Below are positions 22,838 through 34,900 of a stretch of 64,000 nt of DNA, piece after piece (position 1 is the stretch's first letter; the number at the start of each line of letters is the position of its first letter). Source of the stretch: Callorhinchus milii (Eukaryota); contig NW_024704743.1 in the NCBI RefSeq assembly GCF_018977255.1, forward strand, positions 96,970,001 to 97,034,000. Reading direction: 5' to 3'. The position numbers and the translations under genes are program-made. Below the pieces are notes generated by a model, which was not told where the DNA came from, did not search any database, and worked only from the letters and a program-made list of their open reading frames with translations.

Positions 22838-24540
22838 AGCAGAGTCAGGAGAACTGGATGCTCCATGATCGCTTCTCCTCCACCTTCAACTCCTTTGTCA
22901 CCCTGAAATCCAAGACCATCTCCAAATCCACCGGATCCCCCTGGTACAACAACCATCTCCGCCGACTAAAAACCCAAACCCAGCTGCTCAAGCGCAGATG
23001 GCAGAAAACTGGCCTGACAGTCCATCGCCAACTGTGGCTCGAGCATCTCCACAGCTACCGCTGTTCAAAAATGGTCTTCTACTTCAACATCATCTTGGAG
23101 GCTAAACACAACCCTAAAATCTTTTTTTCCACCACTCACTACCTCCTCTGTGCCCCCCCCTCAGGCTTCCTCAATCTTCATATCAAATGCCAAGTGCAAG
23201 GAGGTCATGGACCTCTTTTCATCTAAAATTCACAACATCCGCCAGGAAGCCTCATCCACCTGCCTCTTATTACCCACCACTATGCCCTCTCTGTCCCCCT
23301 CATCCTCCCCATCATCAGCTCCTACCACCACCCCCATCCTACATTCCTTCCTCCCCATCTCTCCCTCCTCCCTCTCACCAACCATAACCTCCATGAAACC
23401 CACCACCTGCTGCCTCGACCCCCACCCCACCAACTTGCTGGTCACCCAGCTCCCCCTCCTCTGCCCACTACTGGCTGACGTCATCAACCAGTCCCTCACC
23501 TCTGGATCAGTCTCTGCTCCCCTCAAAACTGATGTCATCACTCCCCTCCTCAAAAAGCCTTCCCTAGATCCCTCAAACCCCAGCCACTACCGCCCTATTT
23601 CTAACCTGCTCTTCCTCGCAAAAGTCCTAGAATGCGTTGTTGCCAATCAGCTTCGTGCACACCTCTCCTCCCGCTCCCTCTTCGAACCCCTCCAGTCCAG
23701 TTTCCACCCTGCCCACAGTACAGAGACTGCGCTTGTGAAAGTCACAAATGACATCCTCTCTATCTGTGACCAGGGCTCCCTCTGCCTCCTTGTCTTCCTG
23801 GACCTCTCCGCAGTGCTCAACACAGTCGATCACGCCATCCTCCTCTACCGCCTTTCCTCCGTCATCCACCGCAGTGGGAGCGCACTTGCCTGGTTCGAAT
23901 CCTACCTCACAAACCGCCATCAGTACATCTGCACAAACGGCTTCTCCTCCCGTTCTCACCCGGTTACCTGCGGGGTACCCCAAGGATCCATTCTTGGCCC
24001 CCTCCTCTTTCTAATCTACATCCACTATCATCCATAAAATTCAGATCATTCAAAACTCTGCTGCCCGCATTCTCACCCGCACAAAACTCCGCTCCCCAAT
24101 CACCCCAATCTTTGCCAGACTGCACTGGCTGTCTGTCCCAGAGAGGATCGATTTCAAGAACCTCACCCTTGTATTCAAGTCCCTGCACTCCTCTGCAGCC
24201 CCCTACTTCTCTGACCTCTCTCCTCAAAACAGTACCCGTTGCCTTCGTTCCTCCGGGTCTGGCCTCCTCCTCGTCCCCCGAGTCCTCCGCTCCACCCTCG
24301 GGTGCTGTGCCTTCAGCCACTATGCCCGAGGCTCTGGAACTCCCTTCCTCACTCCTTTCACATCGCCCCCTCTCTTCCTATTTTCAGGTCTCTGCTGAAG
24401 ACCTTTCTTTTCGACCGTACCTTTGGTCACCTTTCTCTCCCTCCCCCTTGCTCGGCCCCGGGATCCGTTACAGCAAAGCGCTCTGAGACGCCGTCCGGCG
24501 TGGAGGGCGCTATATAAATCCAAGTTGTTGTTGTTGTTGT
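22838..24540 (+). mobile_element. L2 LINE, longest copy, with an internal deletion in RT
   Basis: ORF 23150-24037 has YRPISNLLFLAKVLE, STETALVKVTNDIL, FLDLSAVLNTVDH and [16 protein letters not shown]. It then jumps to the ORF2 C-terminus without the YADD region. (TTG)n tail. Confidence 0.93.
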
Positions 24541-24613
24541 ATCAACTTTTATTGGGGTGTTGGCTGTGTGATAAAGAATCTCATTTTGGCCAGTTTAATC
24601 TATTAAGTTAGAC

Positions 24614-24790
24614 CAGGGTGGTCCAAATGGCAGCCCACAGGCTGGTTTCGGTCCACCCACTCCTCCCATAACCTGTACGTGCTATGTTTCTGGAAGGGAA
24701 GCACAAAAGTATTGCTTATGGGGCCTACGGATGTTTCTCAAATTGCACATCCGGTTCTCAGCAGCCAAAAGGTTTGAACAGCCAAAAGGT
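24614..24790. mobile_element. hAT-like MITE remnant
   Basis: Starts CAGGGTGGTCCAAA..GGCAGCCC and ends CAAAAGGTTTGAACAGCC, resembling Charlie-type hAT termini. Confidence 0.45.
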
Positions 24791-24931
24791 ATTGGAAGAA
24801 GCAGGGAATTTGACATTGGAACAGTTGGCTCAAACGTAGTCGGCACCAACATAGGCTTGATTAGCTGACTAGCTTATTTTGTGTTGTCATTCCTATGATG
24901 CTGGGATAATAATAATAAAATAATAATACAA

Positions 24932-25363
24932 GAGTTCTGTAGCTCAGTGATTAGAGCACTCGCCTCACAAGCGAGAGACACCAAGTGGGGAGAGCGGAGT
25001 GGGGGGTGGGTGGGATTGATTTGGATAGCTCTTTTCAAAGATTTCACGATGGGCTGAATGGCCTCCTTCTGTGCTGTATAATTCTATGGTTCTATGGACC
25101 TGGGTTCAATTCCTGGCAGGGCGAAACCTTGGGCAAGTTTCTTTACTCCGCACGCCTGATAATAATCCCTCAAAAAAAATTAGAAAATTGGTCACTTCAA
25201 TCCACGACTGTTTGTGGAACACTGCTGTGCGCAATTGGATGCCGCGTTTCGCCCACAAATATAGTCAATTCACTTTACAGTATATTCTATGAAGCGCTTT
25301 AAGACATCTAGAAGATGTGAAAAGCACTATATCAAATGCAAGGATTATTATTATTTTTATTAT
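24932..25363 (+). mobile_element. SINE with a CR1 3' tail inserted in its tRNA head
   Basis: The head is split at GAGAGAC|GACCTGGGTTC by 24980-25096, which ends GGGCTGAATGGCCTCCTTCTGTGCTGTATAATTCTATGGTTCTATG. Confidence 0.85.
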
Positions 25364-25895
25364 GAGCTGACTAGCTTATTTTGTGTTGCCATTTCTATGA
25401 TTCTGGGATAAAATGGAGAAGTAACTTAAACACATGAGACAACTGAGATCTCATTTTGTAGTTTACTTTGAATTCTTAGGATGGTAGTCCAGCAGCCTAT
25501 CTTATTCATAATTAGTTATATGTTTTAGAGAATTTCCTTGTTGCTGTACTAAAGGCAGAAGGAAATATCACAGATCTTTCTTGTTTTTCTGCTGCATCAA
25601 AACCTTCTGCACTTTAACTCCGGAAGGTGACAGGTCATCATCGTGTGGGTTATTTAACTGCTCATGGCTGTACTGCTGGCAACTCAGCAAGTGCTCTGTG
25701 CTGTTACATTTCTGAAGGATTAAGCAGCACCTGTCAATATTGATTCCAATATTGCACGCATGTTTGTCACAAAAGCGCAAAGTTATCATCAACATTGAAG
25801 GGTGATTTTTGCCTCTGTTTCCTCTGATACCTAATTGATAATTTCAGTGAACATAATAATTGCATTTGATAATAGAAGGATTATTGTATTAAGCC

Positions 25896-26380
25896 AACAT
25901 AACAACACCAACAAAATTACATTTGTATAGTGCCTTTCACGTCGGGAGGATGTCCCAACACCCTGGACAGTGTACAGCAGTTCAGATCCGAGCTGGGGTC
26001 AGGGGGGGAGAAGGGAGGGGAGGGGAAGGGGGGTGGCCGATGCCATGGTCGAAGAGGAGGGTCTGGAGGCGGGACTTGAAGGAGGCTAAGGAGGGAGCGA
26101 GGTGGAGTGATTGAGGGATGGAATTCCAGAGGTTAGGGGCAGAGTAGCTGAAGGCTCTCCCGCCAATGGTGGGGCGGGTGGGTCGGGGGATGTGGAGCAG
26201 GCCAGAGCTGAGCGGAGGGAGCAGGCGGGTTGGTAGGGGATTAGGAGGTCATAGAAGTAGGGTGGGGCGAGGCCATGGAAGGCTTTATAGGTGAGGGCCA
26301 GGATCTTGAACTGGATCCTCTGAAGGATAGGGAGCCAATGGAGTCAGGTGAGAATGGGGGAGATGGGGTCACAGAGTAAC
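25896..26380 (-). mobile_element. L2 3' fragment
   Basis: L2 tail TTTCACGTCGGGAGGATGTCCC and ORF2 C-terminal remnant on the minus strand. Confidence 0.8.
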
Positions 26381-26390
26381 ATAAGGCATA

Positions 26391-26710
26391 AATAATAATA
26401 ATAATAATAATCCTTGCATTTGATATAGCGCTTTTCACGTCGGGAGGACGTCCCAAAGCGCTTCACAGAACACACTGTAAAGTGAATTGACTATATATTT
26501 GTGGGCGAACACGGCAGCCAATTGCGCACAGCAATGTCCCACAAACAGTCGTAGATTGAAAATGACCAATTTGTTATTGTTTTTGGCTTTGGAGGGATTA
26601 TTATTAGGTGTGTGGAGTAAGGAAACTTGCCCAAGGTTTCGCCCTGCCTGGAATTGAACTCAGGTCTCTCACTTGCAAAGCGAGTGCTCTAACCACTGAG
26701 CTACAGGACT
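26391..26710 (-). mobile_element. tRNA-headed SINE, short form, full length
   Basis: Near-identical to the copies at 7237 and 50607. Confidence 0.92.
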
Positions 26711-27048
26711 AAACTTTCAAGAAATGGTCAATCAGCCCATCAAACCTATTCCCTCCACAGCTTGTGTAGAGTAAGTAACTCCTTTCATGCAGTTCAGCAC
26801 TATTATATGCAATAAGCAATCTGTCCGAAAACGTTTTTCAGAATAAATTGCAGGCTGGAAGAAAATTTGAATTCCATTGGATGTTCTCAGTCTCACCTGA
26901 TCTTTACAATCTAGATAGAGCCAAGGGATATCATGGATGTAGAACGAATTGTATTCAGTATTGAATGTTATTCTGAGGATTTCTAATGTGTCAAATAATT
27001 TATTTCATTTTCTAGGAAATCGTCTCGAAGCAAAATCAGTGGAACAGA

Positions 27049-27496
27049 ATGAAATCCCAATTTGTGCTTTCAAGGATCCTGATTTACTTTGCTCTCATGT
27101 TTGCGATCTGTAGCTATAAAATCACAAGCTTGAATGCTGAGTCAGCTCCGAGGAAAACCTTTGAAGAGATCAAAGAGGAAATTGCTGGCTATTCAGAAAT
27201 CGCCCAGCAGATTATTAACTACACTGTCTATGGAATCCAGCAGAATCGATCGTATGATAGACTTGCACTTTTTGTCGATACTATTGGAAATAGATTCAGT
27301 GGATCAAAGAACCTTGAGAAGGCCATACAATATATGTTGAAGGCTTTGTCCGAAGATAAGCAGGAAAATGTCCACCTGGAACCGGCCAAAATACCACACT
27401 GGGTGAGGGGAGAAGAGTCAGCAATGATGCTGGAACCAAAGAATTACAAGATTGCCATTCTCGGTTTGGGAAGCAGCATTGGGACATCTCCAGAAG
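27049..27496 (+). CDS. CPQ: Carboxypeptidase Q (PGCP, M28 family), first coding exon (exon starts 27016)
   Basis: TTTTCTAG acceptor ending 27015, ATG at 27049, hydrophobic signal peptide. KTFEEIKEEIA, QNRSYDRLALFVDTIGNRFSGSKNLEKAIQ, VHLEP..IPHWVRGEESA, AILGLGSSIGT. Donor G|GTAAG. Confidence 0.97.
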
Positions 27497-28010
27497 GTAA
27501 GCCTTTCACTTTATTAGTTAGAACCATAGAAATTTACAACACAGAAGTAGATCTGAAGACATGTTCATGTTAATGCCAATCTATTTCTTACAAACAAGTG
27601 CATTCCACCCTTTAATAATAATAATCTTTGTATTTGATATATCATCCTATAAGGGTGAAAGCCTTTGTCTTTCCATTTTATCAAGTTCTTATTGAGTTCT
27701 TGCATATTCTGTTTGGGTAGTTAGAGGCTAGATTCATGGTTGTTGGTCCAAATAGTTGCTTCAAAATTTATCTATTCATTTCGAGCAGTAGGTGATGAGA
27801 AGGTAGGAATTGTAGAGAAATTCAGGGAGGTGTATAGAGCCAGAAAATGTTACCATGAAGCAATCATGTTGTTACATTCACACAAAAAGTGAAGTGGAAA
27901 CAGAGGTGAAGAAGCACAAAGGCAATTGGAGCTGAATGAAAAAAAGGGTGCAGCAGCCTAGCATCTGGTGTGGCATAAGAACACAGTATCTCAGTGCTTT
28001 CTGATTGATG

Positions 28011-28913
28011 TCCTTGTAATTTTCAATGTAAATTCTGCAAACTGGATTAAATAAAACCTACATGCCTGGTTAACAAAAGCAGCTGAGCAACATACCAATG
28101 ACAACTTTACTTCTATTGCTGCAAAGCACTGTTATGAAACTCTAAGCCTAAAATTACACCTAACCTTAAAGACCATTTTATCTTGATACAACAACTTATT
28201 TATATAGCACTCCTCACACAGGGTAGCGTCCTAGAACGTTTGATAGTGACTGTGCACGATGCTGAGCCAAGGGGAGGGAGAGGTGACTGTAGGCGCAGTC
28301 GAAGAGGAAGAATACACAAAATTGTGGGAAATTCTTAAATTTAGCTTTAATTTGGAAGTTGATTTTCAGCAATTCTCAATAAGAAGCAGAATCCAAATTA
28401 AGATGGGATTTAAGAATTTTCCACAATTAGCTCGATACTAAGTATAAAACAAAATAGTTCTAAGGATTAAAGCCTAGGTGGAAGGACTTTCAGGCTTCTG
28501 TTCTGGTATTGCAATGTTTGAAAGAGCAGAAACATGATGAATTGATTCATTAATAACTAATGTGCAATTATCAGATTTTTGTAGAACGCATTTGACGTTT
28601 TAGAAATTCAATAATTTCTTATTTGGTTCTTATTAAGAAGTCTCTTAACAAACCTCTCAAATTAGACAACACTGTAAGTTTGTTGTCCTAACAAGGATAA
28701 TTGCAGCAATAAGCATAATGGAGATTTGGGAAATAGAAGGTTTTTTAACGTGCAACATATTAAGACTAAGAGGTGAGGAGTTAGGTGTGTGGCGAGGGGG
28801 AAGGGGGGTGGGGGGGCAAGAGGGGAGAAGAACTCACAATATATCCTTGTTATGTGTCAATATAAATTCTGGAAACAGGATTAAATAAAACCTACATGTC
28901 TGGTTTAAAAGCA
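28011..28913 (+). repeat. Pair of ~70-bp direct repeats (28011-28081 and 28844-28913)
   Basis: Both share TCCTTGT...AAATTCTG.AAAC.GGATTAAATAAAACCTACATG.CTGGTT..AAAAGCA. Confidence 0.8.
28320..28428. mobile_element. Fold-back/MITE-like element, internal remnant
   Basis: AATTGTGGGAAATTCTTAAAT pairs with ATTTAAGAATTTTCCACAATT. Inner TTAATTTGGA pairs with TCCAAATTAA. Confidence 0.6.
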
Positions 28914-29596
28914 TTTCAGGAAATTTCAATACAGAAAATGTCTGGTATTTCTAACCCATTAACAAGAGAAAGAAAAATGGATCTGAATTTGAAAAAAAAT
29001 GCTCCTCAGGTTTGAGATTACACCTAGTGATTGCATTATGTAGTTACATAGAGTTAAACAGTGATGTAGCAAGGAAACAGACCATTCGGCCCAACTAGTC
29101 TGTGCTGGTGTCTAAACTCCACACAAACTCTCACCCCTCTTATTCCCCCCCACCTATATCCCTGTATTCCCATCTCTCTCATCTCTGTGTCACATTTTCT
29201 CCTAAACATATTAATGGTTTTTGCTTAAACCACAATTTCCTCTTAGAAGCTAGGAAGGAATTCTCAGCCTCTCGCGTAAGTGATAACTTTACTCGTGCCT
29301 GGTAACAGGAACGGCATGTTGTGATGTAAACTCTGGTTTTCTGCCAGGAAGTGTATGTACATCTTCTGATTCATGAGACTTTGAATATTGCTGATGATTG
29401 CATCAGAAGGAATGCAAGCAAAAATTCTTAAGACCATTATGATACAAGTAGAGGTGTGTTAGTTTCTCTGATTCAGTCAGGATAACATATAGTCCATCTC
29501 AAAAAGGCCAAGTTCCTTTGAATATGTTGTCTCTATTTTTGGAGCATTTTGAATTTGTAATTTGTAAGATATCTTCTCGCTTGATATCAATTCTTT

Positions 29597-29810
29597 AATA
29601 ATAATAATAATCCTTGAATTTGATATCGCGCCTTATCACGTCTTCTAGACATCTCAAAACGCTTCACAGAGTATACTGTAAAGTGAACTGACTGTATATT
29701 TTGTGGGTGAAACGCGGCAGCCAATTGTGCACAGCAGTGTCCCACAAACATTCATGGATTGAAGTGACCAATTTATGACCAATTGTTTTTCTTGAGGATT
29801 ATTATTAATT
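29597..29810 (-). mobile_element. Partial SINE (3' half)
   Basis: (AAT)n tail and Deu-like body on the minus strand. Confidence 0.8.
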
Positions 29811-29840
29811 GGTGGGGTATGTCCATCGGTCTGTCCTCCC

Positions 29841-30063
29841 AAAATTCTACCTAGTCTTAGCCTGTAAGACCATTTGGTATTATAATTTAAGATTATGCAG
29901 AATGGTCTTTAATTCAGTCTTTATTTGGAAAATGTTTTTCCGCAGTTCTTAAAAAACTGGACGGTTTCCATATTTTGACTGAATTTGAGAATTTTCCACA
30001 TTTCCGCATGATCTTAAATTTTAAGACCAAATAACCTTACAGGCGAAAACTAGGTAGAAATTT
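29841..30063. mobile_element. Fold-back/MITE-like palindromic element
   Basis: About 60-bp outer arms (TTCTACCTAGT..GCCTGTAAG..ATTTGGT..AATTTAAGAT) pair imperfectly. Inner AATTCAGTC pairs with GACTGAATT. Confidence 0.7.
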
Positions 30064-30264
30064 GTGCCTCTGTTGCTGCATTGAACAATGTTTCAGAGAA
30101 GAAATATAAAAAGGTATGGGAAAATAGCAGGGAAATGGGACTATAAATGAATAGCCCTTTCAGAAAGTAAGCACAGGGACAATGGGCCGAATGACCTAAT
30201 TCTGTGCTTTTATCTATATGAAAACATACAATAGTCTTTTTTGAACCTTAGAAATTATAAGACT

Positions 30265-31350
30265 GAAAGCTCCAGTGGAAAATATATTGGAGTACATTAT
30301 TAAGAAAGTAATTCAAGCAAATCTAATGAAAACCGAGGCAATGTGGGTTCATGAAAAGACTACTCATGCCCAACAAATGGATTGGAATTCTTTTCAATTT
30401 GTAACCAAGTTGGTAGATGCTAATAACGTGATGGTTGTGATATATTTTGGCTTTCATAACATATTAGCTTAGGTCACAAGAGACTTGTGATTTAAGTGGA
30501 ATCTCATGGGAACAACCAGGAAGTCGTAAATTAGAGAATGCTTCAGTAACAGAAGTGGGAATCTGTCAAGATTTCTAACTGGGTAATTGTGATTTATAGA
30601 CTTCATGAAGATTGGTGTATGATTTGAGGATAATGTGAGTAAAATATTGACGTCAGAGAGGCAGGGACACTGGGTTATGTAGGAAAACAGATGTTCGAAG
30701 GCGAGAGAGAAGTTCTTCAGAGGACAGAAATTCCACCTAATGTTAGCCTGTAAGAGCATTTTGTCTTCAAGTCACACGAGTTAAGATTGGTTAAACTACA
30801 TTTGGAGTACAATGTTTAGTTCTGGTTTCCATACTTCAGGAAAGATGTTACAGCATTGGAGAGAATGCAATGTAGATGTACTGGATATTATCAGGGATAA
30901 TAGGATACAATCATAAAGAAAGACTGGACAGGTTAGAATGTTTTATTCTCGAGAGGAGGCATTTGAGTGGGGGCTCAGTAGAGGTATTTAAAATTATAAA
31001 AGGGTATCGATAAGATGAACATAAATAGGATGTTTCCAATTGTTCGTTAGTCCATTACAAGGGGGCATACATATAAGAAAACCACTAGCAGATTTAAAAC
31101 ATGGTTTACAAGGAACCTTTTTACACAGAGGGGGTAAGAATGCAAACTCACTACTAAACATTGTGGTTGGACAGAAAGCATCAATGCATTTAAGAGAAAA
31201 CTCAATGATGCATGAGTGAGAAGGGAATAAAGGAGGAGAATAGGGAGAGGGAATTAGAAGGGTGGAGGCTCATGTGAAGCAAAAATGCATGGACTAGTTG
31301 GACCAAATAGCCTGTTTTAGTGCAGTACGCTCTATGTAATTCTATATAAT
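30265..31350 (+). mobile_element. Decayed CR1 ORF2 and 3' tail
   Basis: Remnants resembling VDVIYLDF and LVRPHLEY.VQFW.P..RKD..ALER.Q. Tail GGACCAAATAGCCTG...CTCTATGTAATTCTAT. Confidence 0.75.
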
Positions 31351-31453
31351 TGCAGAATTGTGGAAAGTTCTTCAATTCATTCTTAATGTGGAAAATGCTT
31401 TTCTACTGTTGTTATTAAAATGCTTTTAAATTAAGACTGAATTGAAAAATTGG

Positions 31454-31941
31454 TGTCACCCTGGCTCAGTTTGTAGCACTCCTACCTCTGACTCATAGCT
31501 TATTGGTTAATGTCCCATTGGGACATTAAACCCACAAATCTAGGCTGACACTCCAGATTAGGTCTGGGGGTACGCTGCATTGTTGAAGGTGCCACCTTTC
31601 AGATGAAATATTAAACCGAGGTCCCCCTGCATGTTCATGTTCATGCAAAACACCCCATGGCACCATTTGAAGCACTCCGAGACGCCATCCGGCATGGAGG
31701 GCGCTATATAAATCCAAGTTGTTGTTGAAAAGAGAAGGGAGTTTCTCTCAGGTGCTGGCCAACAATCCCCAAAATAAAATTGGTCATTCACTTTATAGCT
31801 TTATGTGGGACACTGCTGTGCACTAATTGGCTACTGTCTTCACCTACAATAAACACAGTGACTTTACAGTAAATCCTGTGAAGCAGTTTGAGACATCCTC
31901 TTGACGTGAAAGGCACGATATCAAATGCAAGGATTATTATT
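31454..31941 (+). mobile_element. Older tRNA-headed SINE with long Deu-like domain, containing an L2 tail insert
   Basis: TGGCTCAGTTTGTAGCACTC head and GCTGCATTGTTGAAGGTGCCACCTTTCAGATGAAATATTAAACCGAGG Deu-like core. L2 tail at about 31672-31727. Confidence 0.78.
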
Positions 31942-34900
31942 TTCACAATTTGCTTACATTTAATGTTAAGACATATGAAAGAACGCACATTGATTCTTTT
32001 TTAACTAAGCCCTTGACTGTTCTAATATTTGCTTCACTGTCTTGACCTGTGTCCTCTTGTCTTGATTAATCTGAATGTAATGTTCTGGGATTAGTTTTTC
32101 AATCTCATTTAGAATCATAAACCTCTACAAAAATCCCCTCTGAGACATGTCTTTTCACAAAGGCACCTCCAATGAGATCAGTGCTGAGGAAGCGATGCAT
32201 TAAGTGTCAACCTAGACTGGGAAGTGACAGTTTAACATCTCGGAAAGATGAATGGCTGTAACGATAAACTGGCTTCTCTGTCAGATACTGTGGACTTCCT
32301 TCCATCCTGTTTTTGTTTCAGTTTTCCAGCACCTGCAGTATTCTATTTATTTCTCTTTCCGAACTCAGATGTCCAAACACAGGCTGCCAAGGCACATACA
32401 CTTCACTCAGTGCTGACAGACCATGATTAAATACCCCTATGTTTGGTGTGTCTCAGAGGCCGTGGAAAATCATACATTTTCCAGCATAATTGACTTCCAG
32501 CATCAATTAGGTGCCTTAATTGCTGTTATCAAGAATGTTGCTGCAAACCACAGCCAGGCCTCTTGTGCTGCAAGGAGGAAAATTGCAACTGCTATTTGAA
32601 GCTTCATTTTTCTCCCTGCCTCTATCCACATGCAAACCAAAAGGACCAAAATCACCCCTTCATTTTTTAAAATCTATATATTTATCTCTGTTTCCCGTAA
32701 ACTGTTCCATTGATGCGGGAGCCAGATCAATTTTCTGTCTGATTGGAAACACTGGACGGATGGGTGTGTGTCACCCAAGCTCTTCCAAACATGGATGAGT
32801 TATTTTCATTTTAAAAAATCCCCCCCACCGCCCAACCCCAGTGCAGTCTTAAGCAACACAGGCCTGAAATGTATCATAGTCTTAGCTTTAAAAGCATTGT
32901 TCTAAAGTGTAAGACCATGCACAATTTTGGAATATTGTTGATTCAATATTAATTTTCAATATTAATTTATTAATGACTCTCGAGAGTTGTTTTTAAGAGC
33001 CAGCTTCCAAATTAAGCTGCAATCTTTTGGCTGTTCCATTGTGATTGCCAGAAGTGCGAATCATTTTTCTGACGTGAAGGAAATTCTGGCCTTTCTCTCT
33101 AGAACGCCATACTGTAGTCCCTTCGACAGACTCCCTCCCTTCCCTCCTTCAAGATACATTTCAAAAATGTACCTCTTTGACCACTCTTTTGGTCATCTTT
33201 CCCCTCCCCACCCCTCTCAGCTCCCACCCCCAGCTAGGGTGCCCATGCAGCACTGCGAATGCACTTTGGGGTGTCCTCCCAATATGAAAAGTGCTATATA
33301 AATGTAAGTTGAATTGTATTTTTATAGTAAGTGATATCCAATATGCACCAGACAAAAATCACAAGGTGAAAACCGGAGGCCACCTGCTTCCTGGTCTCCA
33401 CCATTATTAATTCCCAGAGTTGAGCCACCCCTTGTCCCTCTCCATTTGAAGACAAACAGCTTCCCAGGACGGGGACTGTAGGCATCCTAGAAACTATATG
33501 ACCTCCCCTTCCCCCCAATACCAACCCATCCAGGCTACAGTGCACTAGAGCACAATGCACCATCATTTCAATGAAAGCTTGTTCAGTTTAATATTTAATG
33601 TGACAAAGTAACTGGAGGTTATGACTTGTGCTTGCAGCTGCAAGGTGTGTTGAAGAGGATTTGAATTTCCTCCTCCACTATAGCAGGAACTATCCACTAT
33701 CATCGCTTTTGTCTCAATGTTTTAACTTTCGATTTCAGTGTAACAACGAGGAAGGGAGACACAGGCGTTGTTACTGTACGTTCAGCCTTTGCAATGGACG
33801 TATGGTAATATTGTATATTTTTAGCATCAAAGCTTGTGCATCGCAATGATAACCTAGCTCTGATTTGGAGTGGTGTATGTAAGTATTCACTCAGATGCGC
33901 ACTGTAGTTGCAATGGGATCTGTTATTTGCTCCCCTTGATGGGCCGTTGCCAGTATGCTACATGTCATTAATTTTCTTGGTATGGTGTCTGCCTTCAGCA
34001 GTGATCTGAGCAGGCGTTCCAGACTTTCCTAGCGTGCCAAATAGGATCTGCAAAAACAAACTGCAGCGCCAAACCTGCAGGGACCAGATTTGCTAATGAA
34101 ATGTGAAATTTGCACAGCGCTTGTGTTATTACACATGACTAAATACAAACAGGACCTGTCACAAAGATATGACTGCCTGAACTGTTCATTCGCACAAGGT
34201 AGATATTGTCGCTTAAAATTGCATGCACTCTGAATAAACTTAATTGAGTATTTTTTCCTCTCTATCTGCATTCTTCTGAGAGTCATAATAATTTGATATA
34301 GCGCTTTACACGTCTTCTAGCTGTCTCAAAGCGCTTCACGGAATATACTATAAAGTGAATTAACTGTATATTTTGTGGGCGAAACATGTCCTACAAACGG
34401 TTGTGGATTGAAGTGACCAATTTACTATTTTTTTTTGGAATTATTATCAGGCGTGTGGAGAAAGGAAACTTATTTCATCCTTTTCTCTATACCACCACCA
34501 CCCACGCTACACTGTTCCTTATTTTCTATAGAAGTTAAGTCAAGCCATTATTCCCTGAATTCACACTGAAATACTGGGATCTACATGGTGCCAGGACTAA
34601 ATGGCTCCACCACCCACCTCAGTGAACCAAATTATGGGTGGGCTGTATTCGAACAATGTCGGGGAAGGGTTGTTATCACATGTGATAATTGTCACATCAC
34701 ATTTCCCATTTTTCAGCCCTTTAATGGAAGTACATACCTCTTGTCTGCCCGATGGCTCAACTGAAATCAGGAACTTGCTGATGCTATCCTAAAGCTTTTA
34801 TATTTCAGCAGCATTGACAAAGCTAAAGAGCCAGGCCTTTGTTACAGACAAAACAAAGAGATTTTCTGCTTTGTTCACTAAGTGTAACAAATCTTTAGAT

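Noticed and set aside
23150..24037. 295-aa reverse-transcriptase ORF as a functional or novel RT system
   Set aside because: A standard L2 ORF2 fragment that is frameshifted upstream and lacks the YADD motif, with no partner genes.
28787..28826. G-quadruplex-capable G-tracts
   Set aside because: G/C-rich tracts are common here, mostly from L2 3' regions, and nothing points to function.
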